52,325 nt of DNA, from positions 1 to 52,325 of the forward strand of contig CBDCCZ010000020.1 in the NCBI GenBank assembly GCA_965215005.1, given 5' to 3'. Numbering within the stretch: position 1 is the stretch's first letter; each line of letters opens with the position of its first letter. This DNA is from Kofleriaceae bacterium (lineage in GTDB: Bacteria; Myxococcota_A; Polyangia; Haliangiales; Haliangiaceae). A model generated the notes under the pieces. The model saw nothing but the letters and a program-made list of their open reading frames with translations. It was not told the origin of the DNA and ran no database searches. Of this stretch, positions 10,741-19,892 are shown one piece after another. The position numbers and the translations under genes are program-made.

Positions 10741-11750
10741 GATCGCACCGCCGACGGTAGCCGCCCGCGCAGCGCTTCGATGAGCGCAGGCACGAGCACT
10801 TCGAGCTCGCCCACGAGCCCGTAGTGAGCGACGCGAAAGATCGGCGCCACGGGATCGCGATCGATTGCGATGATATGCGGGCCGCCGCCGATCGCCCCGA
10901 GGTGCGCCGCCGAGCCCGACGCGGCGCAGGCGACGTAGAGATCGGGAGCCACGTGCCGCGTTCCCACGCCGAGCTCACGCTGCTTGGGCGCTAGTCCGCG
11001 GGCGCACACCGCGGCCGTGGCAGCGACTTCCGCGCCTAGTGCGTCGGCGAGCTGCGTGATGAGCGCCCACTGCGCCGGCGTGCGAGTGCCGCCGCCGGCG
11101 GTGACGACCACCCGCGCTCGCTCCAGCGCGCTGCCGTCATCGTCGGTGTCATCGAGGAGCTCGACCTGGCCGGCAGCGGCGGGGACCTCGAGGAGCAGGA
11201 GCTCGGCCTCGTCGCGTCCGCTGGCAGGCGCGAGCGCGGCCGCGGGTAGGGTCACGACCAACGGGACCGCCAGGTCGTGAACCGCGAGCTTGCGCCAGGC
11301 GGTATGGCCATGCACCGCCCGCGACAGCACCAGCTCGCCGCGAGGTCCGCGCTCGAGATCGGGCTCGGCGACGAAGACCGCGCCGAGTGCGGCAGCGAAC
11401 CGGGGCGCCAGTGAGCGGCCCACGGCGTTGGCGGCAAACAGCACGAGCATCGGGTGCACCCGAGCGGCGGCTGCCAAGAGCAGCGGCCCGCGTTGCGACC
11501 AGAGCATCGCTGCGTCGCTTGGCGCGTGTCCCAGCATCACTTTATCGGCGCCAGCGCGGCCGAGCTCGGCGACGACAGCATCGAATCCGAACCGGGCGAA
11601 GTCGGCGCGGCCGCGCTGCTCCACCGCGGCCACGGCGTAGAGACTAGCGCCCAGGCTCGAGGCAAGTCGCCGCCCTTCTCCCAGCAGCTGCCGAGACAGC
11701 GGGGTTGGGCAGTCGCCGGCGAGCTCGACGTGGACCAGTACACTTGCCAT
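10737..11750 (-). CDS. Electron transfer flavoprotein alpha-subunit-like protein (divergent)
   Basis: GRSLAPRFAAAL, LERARVVVTAGGG, VAPDLYVA, IIAIDRDPVAPIFRVAHYGLVGEL. Confidence 0.8.
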   Translation of the reverse strand: MASVLVHVELAGDCPTPLSRQLLGEGRRLASSLGASLYAVAAVEQRGRADFARFGFDAVVAELGRAGADKVMLGHAPSDAAMLWSQRGPLLLAAAARVHPMLVLFAANAVGRSLAPRFAAALGAVFVAEPDLERGPRGELVLSRAVHGHTAWRKLAVHDLAVPLVVTLPAAALAPASGRDEAELLLLEVPAAAGQVELLDDTDDDGSALERARVVVTAGGGTRTPAQWALITQLADALGAEVAATAAVCARGLAPKQRELGVGTRHVAPDLYVACAASGSAAHLGAIGGGPHIIAIDRDPVAPIFRVAHYGLVGELEVLVPALIEALRGRLPSAVRS

Positions 11751-11895
11751 TTCAGGTTGGTGGGCTGCGCCGGGCCCAAGCGGAGGATAGAGGCGTTCCG
11801 CTCATCAAGGGCGTTCCCGCGGTTCTCTGCGGACCGTTCAAACGTGCACGCTAGACGGGATCGGTGCTGTGGTCAACAATTGGCGTAACGCCTGC

Positions 11896-12306
11896 ATGAG
11901 CAGCATGGCCAGCGTTGCGTCGGCGCCGACGTCAGACCCACGTCCTAAAGTGGCCGACGTGTCTAGCGCCCGCGTCCGCGTCTGCGACCTTCTCGGCGAA
12001 GACCCATGGCATGCCCTGGCGCCGGCTCGGCCCACCGTGGCGGAGGCGCTGCGAGATTGTCCCCCAGGCGGCGTGCGCCAAGCGCGCTATCGCGGCCGCG
12101 AGGTCGCCGTCTACCGGCTGCACGATGGACGCGCGTTTCAGGTGCCCGACGTTTGTCCGCACGATGGTCGATCGCTTTCCGATGGCTACGTAGAGGGTGA
12201 GCTGCTCGTCTGCGCACGTCATCAGTGGGAGTTTGATTGCCAAGGCCGCTGTGTCGGCCGCCCCGAGGTGACGTTGCCGGTGCGGCAGCTGCGTCCGCGC
12301 CGTTAA
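11896..12306 (+). CDS. Rieske [2Fe-2S] ferredoxin-domain protein
   Basis: CPHDGRSLSDG...VCARHQWEFD gives the CxH and CxxH ligands. Start uncertain (11869-11950). Confidence 0.8.
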   Translation: MSSMASVASAPTSDPRPKVADVSSARVRVCDLLGEDPWHALAPARPTVAEALRDCPPGGVRQARYRGREVAVYRLHDGRAFQVPDVCPHDGRSLSDGYVEGELLVCARHQWEFDCQGRCVGRPEVTLPVRQLRPRR

Positions 12307-12425
12307 GGTAAGGGCCCTCGACTCGGGAAGTTGGTCGGTTAACCGCGCGCGGCACGCATGAGAGCGCACGAGCGTGCGTTCGAGTTGAAAGTGCCTTCGG
12401 TCGGTCGCGCGTCCCCCAGCCAGCT

Positions 12426-13499
12426 TCAGCCGCACTGGCCGCGCTGGCGCAAGAGGTGATCGCAGAGCACCAGCGCCAGCATCGCTTCGACGATGGGAAC
12501 CGCGCGCGGCAACACGCACGGATCGTGACGGCCGCGCGGTGCCAGCGTCACCGGCTGTCCGCTGGTGTCGATGGTCTGTTGCGGGCGCAGCAGCGTCGCG
12601 GTTGGTTTGAATGCCACCCGGATCAGCACCGACTCACCGTTGCTGATGCCGCCTTGGATGCCGCCGCTGTGATTGGTGCGGGTGCGCACGCGGCCGTCTT
12701 CGTCGGTGTAGAACGCATCGTTGTGCTCGCTGCCCGTCATGCGCGCGCCAGCAAAGCCGCTGCCGACCTCGAAGCCTTTGGCGGCGGGCAAGCTCAGCAT
12801 GGCCCGCGCCAGTTCTGCCTCGAGCTTGTCAAATACCGGCTCGCCGAGGCCAACCGGCACCTTGCGCGCAACCGCCGCTATCACGCCACCCAGTGAGTCG
12901 CCGCTTTTTCGCGCCGCGTCGATGCGCTCGATCATCGTTGCGGCGACGGTCGGCTCGGGACAGCGCACGATGTTGTCGTCGACCGCTGCGGCGGTCACCG
13001 TCTCCGCGTCGACCTCGGCTTCCACGTCGGCGACCTGCTCGACCCATGCGATGATCTCAACCCCCGCGAGCACCCGCCGTGCGATGGCGCCGGCTGCGAC
13101 GCGGCCGATGGTTTCGCGCGCGCTGGCGCGGCCGCCGCCCTCGACGGCGCGGATGCCGTACTTGGCTTGATAGGTGAAGTCGGCGTGGGAGGGGCGATAG
13201 GCGTGTTTCATCTCCGAGTAGTCTTTGGCGCGCGAATCGCTGTTTCTGACCATCAGCGAGATCGGCGTGCCCAGAGTTTGACCGTCGTAGACACCCGATA
13301 GGATCTCCACCTGGTCGAGCTCGCGCCGCTGCGTGGTGATCCGACTCTGCCCAGGGCGACGACGATCGAGCTCGCGCTGAATGTCGCTGATCGCCAGCGG
13401 GATGCGCGGCGGACAGCCATCGATCACCGCCCCCACCGCCGGCCCATGCGACTCGCCCCAGGTCATCACGCGAAACAGTTGTCCGAAGGCTGAGCCCAT
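12426..13499 (-). CDS. aroC: Chorismate synthase
   Basis: [61 protein letters not shown]. Confidence 0.97.
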   Translation of the reverse strand: MGSAFGQLFRVMTWGESHGPAVGAVIDGCPPRIPLAISDIQRELDRRRPGQSRITTQRRELDQVEILSGVYDGQTLGTPISLMVRNSDSRAKDYSEMKHAYRPSHADFTYQAKYGIRAVEGGGRASARETIGRVAAGAIARRVLAGVEIIAWVEQVADVEAEVDAETVTAAAVDDNIVRCPEPTVAATMIERIDAARKSGDSLGGVIAAVARKVPVGLGEPVFDKLEAELARAMLSLPAAKGFEVGSGFAGARMTGSEHNDAFYTDEDGRVRTRTNHSGGIQGGISNGESVLIRVAFKPTATLLRPQQTIDTSGQPVTLAPRGRHDPCVLPRAVPIVEAMLALVLCDHLLRQRGQCG

Positions 13500-13791
13500 C
13501 ACCGCAGCCTACCGCTTCTGCACCCGCATGGCGGTGGTCTAGACGCCGCCGTGACGGCGCATTGGGTGGATGAGAGGAGGCCGCGTGCTCTCGATTGCGC
13601 AGGACGCCTGCGAGTCCGTGGCCGCGATGAGGTTTCGATGCGGGAGATCTTGCGGTATACGACGGTGCGTTGCTGATCTCGGCGGCTTTCGAGAACGCGC
13701 CATCGCTGCCCACGACCGCTGTCCCCCGTGCAGCGAGTTCAACCCGCGCACTCCGCGCGAGCGACGAGGAACCTTGAGCGACTCGGTGTTC

Positions 13792-14556
13792 ATGAGCCAA
13801 TCGACCTCTGCGCGCGCTTTAGCCCCCGGGCGCCGCGCCGCGCTGCCCCACGCCGACGCCAGTGGGGGTTTTGCTGCGCTCGAGCAACGCGCCATCGGCA
13901 GCGAAACGGCTGTTTCGAGGATTTCCGGCCAATGGCCGCTGTCGCGCTGCTTGGTGCTTCTATTGGGTGCGCTGGCGCTGGTGGGCTGTCCGGGCGCGGC
14001 GCCGGAGCCGGTGCCGCCGAGCGCGCCGCTCGGACGACAGGCGGTGGCAGCCGCGCAGCAGCCGGGGTCACGTGCGGAGGGCGCGGCCTGCGACACCGGC
14101 ACCGACTGCGCCAGTGGCCTCTGCGAAGGGCAGGGGTGCGGCGCCGGCGCGGGGCGCTGCGTCGCCAACGATCGCACCTGCACCAAGGATCTGGTTGTCT
14201 ATTGCGGCTGCGACGGAGCCGAATTTCGAGCCTCGGGAAGCTGCCCCGGTCAGCGATTCGCAGAGCGGGGCAGCTGCTTGCAGTCGCTGGGCGCGCGCGG
14301 GGCGCCGTGTCAAAGCGGGCAAGATTGCGAGAGCGGCATCTGCGAAGGGCTCGGCTGTGGCAACGATGCGCCGGGGGCGTGCGTGAGCGCCGAGCGCCCG
14401 TGCACCCGCGACTTGGCGCTGTACTGCGGCTGTGACGGAGCCGAATTTCAAGCCTCGGGAAACTGTCCGGGGCGCCGCTATGAGTCGCGCGGTAGCTGTC
14501 TAGCACCTGCGCCCGAAGCGCCTGTGCCCGAAGCACCTGCGCCCGAAGCGCCGTGA
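13792..14556 (+). CDS. Cys-rich lipoprotein with two tandem Dickkopf-like plus Kazal-like modules
   Basis: Lipobox LALVGC, two ~70-aa units (C..G.DC.SG.CEG.GC...C...CT.DL..YCGCDGAEF.ASG.CPG....RGSC), and an APAPE tail. Start codon uncertain. Confidence 0.7.
   Translation: MSQSTSARALAPGRRAALPHADASGGFAALEQRAIGSETAVSRISGQWPLSRCLVLLLGALALVGCPGAAPEPVPPSAPLGRQAVAAAQQPGSRAEGAACDTGTDCASGLCEGQGCGAGAGRCVANDRTCTKDLVVYCGCDGAEFRASGSCPGQRFAERGSCLQSLGARGAPCQSGQDCESGICEGLGCGNDAPGACVSAERPCTRDLALYCGCDGAEFQASGNCPGRRYESRGSCLAPAPEAPVPEAPAPEAP
14503..14553 (+). repeat. In-frame 15-bp tandem repeat encoding AP(A/V)PE x3
   Basis: gcacctgcgcccgaa gcgcctgtgcccgaa gcacctgcgcccgaa gcgccg. Confidence 0.85.
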
Positions 14557-14738
14557 CGGTCGAGTCGTCGGGCAAAACGGTCGTTTTCGCGGCAACGCGG
14601 TCGGCATTTGGCGTCGTCGGTACGCGCTGCACCTACGGATGCCCGACGCAAACCCTGTCGTCGGAGCCGTCCGAGGCGCTTGGCGGCGTCTGCGATTTGC
14701 TCGTTATAGAGGGAATGGTTTAGGATTTCGGCTGTTAG

Positions 14739-17465
14739 ATGTCCGCACATCCCGGGCCCACAGCGGAAAGAATCCACGAGCTGGCGGCGCTGGTTCGCAG
14801 CCAACCTGGCTCACCGGCGTTCGTCGAGCTCGGCGACGCGCTGATCGCGCTCGGGCGACCTCGCGAAGCCATCGACGTCGGCGCACGCGGTCTGGAGGCC
14901 GATTCTAGCCGCCTGGACGGTCGACTGATGATCAGTCGTGCGTTCATGATGCTCCACCAGTGGAAGCAGGCCCAGGCCGAGCTCCTGCGGGTCGTCAAGA
15001 CCGATCGCACCAATCAGCTGGGTTTTCAGCTGCTCGGTGAGGTGCTCATGCGCCGGTCGGACTACGAGCGCGCACTGCCGGTGCTGCAACACGCGCAGAA
15101 TCTCGATCCCGCCAACTCCGCGGTGCTGGCGCTGCTAAAGCGCGCTCGCCACGGCCAGCCCCTCGATCCGCCCGCTCCGGTGCCTACGCCGCGTGCCCCT
15201 GCGGCGGCGCGGCCCTCGCTGCCGCGCGCCGCGCCGGCCGATGATTTTCTCGACGAAGAGCCCACGCGCGCCGCCGACAATCCAATGGCCGGCTTCGCAG
15301 ACGCCCACGACGAAGCCACCGACATGATGCCTATGCATCCGGCGGTGGCCGCGGCGGTCGAGCCACCTAGCGCCCCTCCTCGGGCAGCGCCGCGCGCCCC
15401 TAAAGCACCGCAGGAGCCACCGACGGTGCGGCCGCGGGTGATGTCGGGCGAGAAACCCAAAGACGCAGCGGCCGAATCGCTGCGGCGCTCGGCCGCGATG
15501 GGCGAGGACTGTCTCAATAACCTCCTCACTGGCGGCCTCCTCGACGTCCCGAACGTGCGCGTCGATCCAGCTGAGTTTCGCGTACGCTCGGGTCGCCGCT
15601 GGCTGCGCTCGCTCGCGCGCACGTTCATTGCTTTGTTCGCGATCGTGTTCGTCGTCACCGGCGGCCTCGGCGCCTGGTACTACTACGCGGCTGAGCAGCG
15701 CGACGCCGACCTCGTCGTGCACCACCGAGTCGCGCGTGAGGAGCTGGCCACGGCCACGTTCGCAGGCATGGAGTCCGCGAACGAGGAGCTGCGCACCGCG
15801 CTCGAGCGCGATAGCGAGAGCGCCGAGACCATGGCGCTGCTCGCGCGCGCCGGGGCGCTCTCCGCGCTTCTCTACGGCACCGGCGTCAATCGCGCCGAGC
15901 TGGCGCTCACGGCGGCGCAAAAACGACTGGACCCGGACGATGCTGGCTTCGACGATACCGTGGTCGCGCACGCCGCGTTGGGGCTCGCGCAGCTGCCCGC
16001 CGCCGCCGAGCCCGCTGTCGAGCTCAGCGAGCTTCGGGCCGAAATTTCGGCCTGGCTCGAGCAGCATCCCGATGCGACCGACGCGCCGTGGATGCGCTGG
16101 TTGCAAGGACGCGCGGCGCTGGCGGCAGGCGATCGCTCGGCGGCTCGACAAGCCTTCACAACCGCGCGCGAGAGCGAGGCAACCGTGGCAGTGGCAACGC
16201 TCGAGCTGGCGCACATGCTCCTCGACGAAGGCAAGCACACCGAGGCGTTGGCGAAGTACGGCGAGGTCTTGGAGCGCCACGAGGGGCATCCGTTGGCGCT
16301 GATGGGGCGCGCGTTGGCCAAGAGCGAGCTCAGCAAAGAATCGGCGCAGGTGATGGACGATCTCAACGTCGGCCTCTCCGGCGAGCTCGGCAGCTACCTC
16401 ACTGGCTATCGCGCGCTTGCCCAGGCGCAGGCGCGGCTGGTGTTCGAAGACTACGAGATCGCCCGCGAGCGCCTCGAGGAAGCCGCCGCCGCCAGCGTGA
16501 CCGAGCCGCGGTTCGTGGCGCGGATGGCGCTGGTGCATCTGGCACTCGGCGACATCGCGCGCGCCGCGGAGCTGCGCCAACAACTCGGTGCGCCGATCGA
16601 AGGAACCTCGCCGCACCCGCTCGTGGCGCTCGTCGACGCCGAGCTGCTTCTCGCCTATGGCCGGGCCGACGCCGCTATCGAGGCGCTCGGCGAGCTAGCG
16701 GGAGTGCGGGCGCTGGAGCTGCGCGGTCGCGCGCTCTATGATCTCGGGCGCGCCGAAGAAGCGGCCCGAACGTTCGATGAGGCCTTGGCGCTGGCTCCCG
16801 AGGATCTCGAGGCGGTGATCTGGCGCGAGGGTGCGCGGCTGGTCGCGGGGCGCGGCAAAGAGCGTCGCGACGCCAGCGGCGAGCTTCTGAAGCTGGCGCG
16901 CCAGGCCAAGAGCAAAGTCGCGCGCTACGTGCACGGCGATGCGCTGCTGCGGGTGGGGGAGGCGGCGGAGGCGCGTGACAAGCTCGAGCTGGCGCTCGCG
17001 GACGTGAGCGATGAGCAACCGAGCCCGCTCGCGTACCGCACGCATGTAGCCTTGGCATCGCTCGACATCGCGGCCGGCAACATCGATGCGGCGGTCGAGC
17101 ATCTACAGAAGGCGACCGAACAGAATCCCGGTTACGTGCCCACCCACGGGCTGCTAGGCCGCATTCTGCTGGCGCGCGGTGAAATCGAGGAGGCGTTGGC
17201 CTCGCTGCAGCGGGTCGTCGATGAGCCAGCGCTGGCGACCGCCGAAGCGGAGACGGCCTACGCGCGAGCGCTGGTGAGCGGCACAGCGGTCACGCCCGAG
17301 GCGCGAGAGACGGCACGTGCTGCGCTGCGACGCGCCAAGGAAAAGGGCGCAACGGGGCCAGCGTTCGCCGCAACGGTGATGGCGGTGGACGCGACTGTGG
17401 CCGAGGAGCTCGGCGTCGCTGAGCCCAAGGCCAGCTCGAAATCCAAGCGCCGCCGACGGCGCTGA
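14739..17465 (+). CDS. Single-pass membrane TPR-repeat protein (N-terminal TPR, Pro-rich linker, TM, large C-terminal TPR region)
   Basis: 908-aa ORF with N-terminal TPRs, TM segment TFIALFAIVFVVTGGLGAWYYY, helical repeats and a basic tail KSKRRRRR. Confidence 0.8.
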   Translation: MSAHPGPTAERIHELAALVRSQPGSPAFVELGDALIALGRPREAIDVGARGLEADSSRLDGRLMISRAFMMLHQWKQAQAELLRVVKTDRTNQLGFQLLGEVLMRRSDYERALPVLQHAQNLDPANSAVLALLKRARHGQPLDPPAPVPTPRAPAAARPSLPRAAPADDFLDEEPTRAADNPMAGFADAHDEATDMMPMHPAVAAAVEPPSAPPRAAPRAPKAPQEPPTVRPRVMSGEKPKDAAAESLRRSAAMGEDCLNNLLTGGLLDVPNVRVDPAEFRVRSGRRWLRSLARTFIALFAIVFVVTGGLGAWYYYAAEQRDADLVVHHRVAREELATATFAGMESANEELRTALERDSESAETMALLARAGALSALLYGTGVNRAELALTAAQKRLDPDDAGFDDTVVAHAALGLAQLPAAAEPAVELSELRAEISAWLEQHPDATDAPWMRWLQGRAALAAGDRSAARQAFTTARESEATVAVATLELAHMLLDEGKHTEALAKYGEVLERHEGHPLALMGRALAKSELSKESAQVMDDLNVGLSGELGSYLTGYRALAQAQARLVFEDYEIARERLEEAAAASVTEPRFVARMALVHLALGDIARAAELRQQLGAPIEGTSPHPLVALVDAELLLAYGRADAAIEALGELAGVRALELRGRALYDLGRAEEAARTFDEALALAPEDLEAVIWREGARLVAGRGKERRDASGELLKLARQAKSKVARYVHGDALLRVGEAAEARDKLELALADVSDEQPSPLAYRTHVALASLDIAAGNIDAAVEHLQKATEQNPGYVPTHGLLGRILLARGEIEEALASLQRVVDEPALATAEAETAYARALVSGTAVTPEARETARAALRRAKEKGATGPAFAATVMAVDATVAEELGVAEPKASSKSKRRRRR

Positions 17466-17478
17466 GCACTCCGCCTCG

Positions 17479-17637
17479 ACGTCGTCGCCTCGCGGGTGCA
17501 AACGTCGTCGCCTCGCGGGTGCAAACGTCGTCGCCTCGCGGGTGCAAACGTCGTCGCCTCGCGGGTGCAAACGTCGTCGCCTCGCGGGTGCAAACGTCGT
17601 CGCCTCGCGGGTGCAAACGTCGTCGCCTCGCGGGTGC
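17479..17637. repeat. Perfect 23-bp tandem repeat ACGTCGTCGCCTCGCGGGTGCAA, 6 full copies plus one 21-nt copy
   Basis: Units start at 17479, 17502, 17525, 17548, 17571, 17594 and 17617. No spacers; lies between convergent genes. Confidence 0.95.
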
Positions 17638-17672
17638 GGCCGTCGCGGTGGCGACCCTGGCGGACGCGGCGG

Positions 17673-18284
17673 TTACGGCAGTGCTCCCTTGCCTTCACGA
17701 GTAACGACGATGTCGTCGCCGGAGGCGTCCAGTACGGTAGAGGGGACGCTGCCGGTCCGCTCGCCGTCTATGACGACGTCTAGGAGGCCGTCGAAAGCAG
17801 CCAGCACGTCCTCGGCGTCGGCGCATGCTTCATGGCTGTCGGCGGCGATGGCGCTGGTCGTTAGCAGCGGACGCCCGAGGCCGCTGAGGAGCGCTTGGAC
17901 GATGGCGTTGTCGGGCACGCGAATGCCAATGGTGCGGCGCTTCTTCTCTACCAGGAGCTTGGGCACCTGGCGCGTGGCCGGCAGGATCAACGTGTAGGGG
18001 CCGGGCAAAAGACGCTGAGCCAGGCGAAAGGCATCGCGAGAGAAGTGGGCAAACTCGCTGGCCGCGGACAAGTCGGGACACAGCAGCGCCAGGTATTGGT
18101 CGGCCGCCATCTGCTTGGCGCGGCGAATGCGTTCGACGGCCCGCCGGGCCTCCAACGCGCAGCCGAGGGCGTACACGGTATCGGTTGGATAGGCGGCGAC
18201 GCCGCCCTTGTGCAAGATCTCCACGGCTTTGCCGATCTTGCGGCTGCTCGGAGTGCCGTACGGCTCGATGTGAAGGCGCAACAT
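17673..18284 (-). CDS. Sua5/YciO/YrdC (TsaC)-family protein
   Basis: AYPTDTVYALGC, LPGPYTLIL, RRTIGIRVPDN, PLLTTSA, PSTVLD, REGKG. YciO-like character. Confidence 0.9.
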   Translation of the reverse strand: MLRLHIEPYGTPSSRKIGKAVEILHKGGVAAYPTDTVYALGCALEARRAVERIRRAKQMAADQYLALLCPDLSAASEFAHFSRDAFRLAQRLLPGPYTLILPATRQVPKLLVEKKRRTIGIRVPDNAIVQALLSGLGRPLLTTSAIAADSHEACADAEDVLAAFDGLLDVVIDGERTGSVPSTVLDASGDDIVVTREGKGALP

Positions 18285-18298
18285 CCGTAGCGAGGCGC

Positions 18299-18901
18299 TC
18301 AGGCGGGGCGGAATCCGCGACAGACGACGTACTGTTCGATCGATTGCGTGCGGCTGCCGGCAGGCTTGACGTTCTTGACCTGCGAGAAGCGCGCTCGACA
18401 GCGCTGCACCAGCCGCTGAAAATCGGGCCCCTGAAACAGCTTGCCGACGAAGTTACCGTCGGCGGCAAGCATCGATTCTGCCAGCTCCAGCGCACGCTCG
18501 AAGAGGTTTTCCGAGCGCGCCTGATCCAGGTGACGAATGCCGGTGGTGTCGGGGGCCATGTCCGAGAGCACGACGTCGAAGGCTTCGAGCTCGCCAAGGA
18601 GCACGGCGCGCTCGATTTCCATCACGTCGCCGACGATCATCCGAACGCCTGGCAACGGTGGATCGATGGCGGCGCGATCGAGACCGACCAGCGCGCCGCT
18701 CGGCCCCACCAAACCCTGCGCATATTGCAGCCATGAGCCGGGCGCGCAGCCAAGGTCGAGGACCCGACCACCGCGCGGCAGGATCGGGATCTTTTGATCA
18801 ATCTCTTCGAGCTTGAAGATCGCGCGCGCGCGAAAACCAGCGCGCTTCGCCTGTTTGTGGAAGCGATCGTGCCGCGTGCGCCGGTCGGATAGCTTGGCCA
18901 T
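18299..18901 (-). CDS. rlmE: 23S rRNA Um2552 2'-O-methyltransferase
   Basis: [66 protein letters not shown]. Confidence 0.92.
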   Translation of the reverse strand: MAKLSDRRTRHDRFHKQAKRAGFRARAIFKLEEIDQKIPILPRGGRVLDLGCAPGSWLQYAQGLVGPSGALVGLDRAAIDPPLPGVRMIVGDVMEIERAVLLGELEAFDVVLSDMAPDTTGIRHLDQARSENLFERALELAESMLAADGNFVGKLFQGPDFQRLVQRCRARFSQVKNVKPAGSRTQSIEQYVVCRGFRPA

Positions 18902-19043
18902 GGTGAAAACGGAAACGCCGCCGAGTTGCCTGGCAATCGGCGGCGTCGAGCTCGTCAAACGCGAGCAGAGCGCGGCAGACATGCGCGGGGACCGACAGCG
19001 GATGCCGCCGGTCCACACCTGCGCAGTGCCAGCTCTTGCTTGC

Positions 19044-19778
19044 CTAGCGGCCCGCAGCAGCCTTCTTGGAGGCCTTGAGCGGGTTCTTCGAGCGAGCCTG
19101 CTCTTCGCCCATTCCGACGCGCTTGTAGAGGGTGCGCGTCGCGGCCTTCTTGACCGTGACGTAACCGTTCTTGGCGCCAGGGATCGAGCCACGAACGAGA
19201 ATGCAGTTGTCTTCGGCGCGAATCTGCAGGAGTTGCAGGTTCTGCAGCGTGACCTTCTCGTTGCCCATCTGGCCGGCCATGCGCTTGCCTTTGTGGACCC
19301 GACCAGGGGTGAGCCGGCAGCCGATGGAGCCGCCGTGGCGGAAGTACTCGTGCACGCCGTGGCTCGCTTTCGTGCCCGACATGTTGTGGCGCTTGAGCAC
19401 GCCCTGGAAGCCCTTGCCCTTGCTCACGCCGGAGACGTCAATCGGCACGTTCTGCTCGAAGACGTCGGCCGCCTTGAGCTCTTGGCCAACTTCGTACTTG
19501 TCGCACTGTTCCGCCGGCAGGCGAAACTCTTGGACCACCCGTAGCGCGCTGGTGCCGGCGCTGGTGAACAATCCGCGCTCCGGCTTCGAAGCAAGGCGCT
19601 CGGGCTTCTCGTCGAAACCGATGATGAGCGCGGTGTAGCCGTCGCGCTCGATGGTGCGCTTGCCAACCACGAAACACGGGCCGAGATGAATGACGGTGAC
19701 CGGGATCCGCTCGCCATCCTCCGCAAACACCTGGGTCATGCCCAGTTTCTTGCCTACAAGGCCCATTCGCATTGCCAT
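19044..19778 (-). CDS. rplC: 50S ribosomal protein L3
   Basis: [51 protein letters not shown]. Shine-Dalgarno TAGGAG upstream. Confidence 0.97.
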   Translation of the reverse strand: MAMRMGLVGKKLGMTQVFAEDGERIPVTVIHLGPCFVVGKRTIERDGYTALIIGFDEKPERLASKPERGLFTSAGTSALRVVQEFRLPAEQCDKYEVGQELKAADVFEQNVPIDVSGVSKGKGFQGVLKRHNMSGTKASHGVHEYFRHGGSIGCRLTPGRVHKGKRMAGQMGNEKVTLQNLQLLQIRAEDNCILVRGSIPGAKNGYVTVKKAATRTLYKRVGMGEEQARSKNPLKASKKAAAGR

Positions 19779-19799
19779 TGGCCGACTCCTAAAACTCGT

Positions 19800-19854
19800 G
19801 CAGACACAAAGAAATAGTCTGCGATCTCGGTAGGTTAATGCTTCATTTGAAGCA
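19800..19854 (-). promoter_or_regulatory. Structured 5' leader of rplC (two hairpins)
   Basis: Inverted repeats tgcttc-attt-gaagca (19839-19854) and gcagac-N11-gtctgc (19800-19822) between the promoter and the RBS. Confidence 0.5.
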
Positions 19855-19863
19855 AGGCTGGCA

Positions 19864-19892
19864 TGTATACCGAGGGTCCGGCCTCATGTCAA
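19864..19892 (-). promoter_or_regulatory. Sigma70-type promoter for rplC
   Basis: Minus strand reads TTGACA-N17-TATACA; the -35 box overlaps the last tatD codons. Confidence 0.75.

Noticed and set aside
17479..17637. 23-bp repeat as a CRISPR array
   Set aside because: Units are directly adjacent with no unique spacers, and no cas genes are in the window.
17154..17997. ORFs in several frames running through the 23-bp array
   Set aside because: Products are periodic translations of a stop-free repeat and overlap real genes.
18902..19192. N-terminal extension of rlmE overlapping rplC
   Set aside because: RlmE homology starts at MAKLSDRR (18901); the extension is an open frame expected in high-GC DNA.
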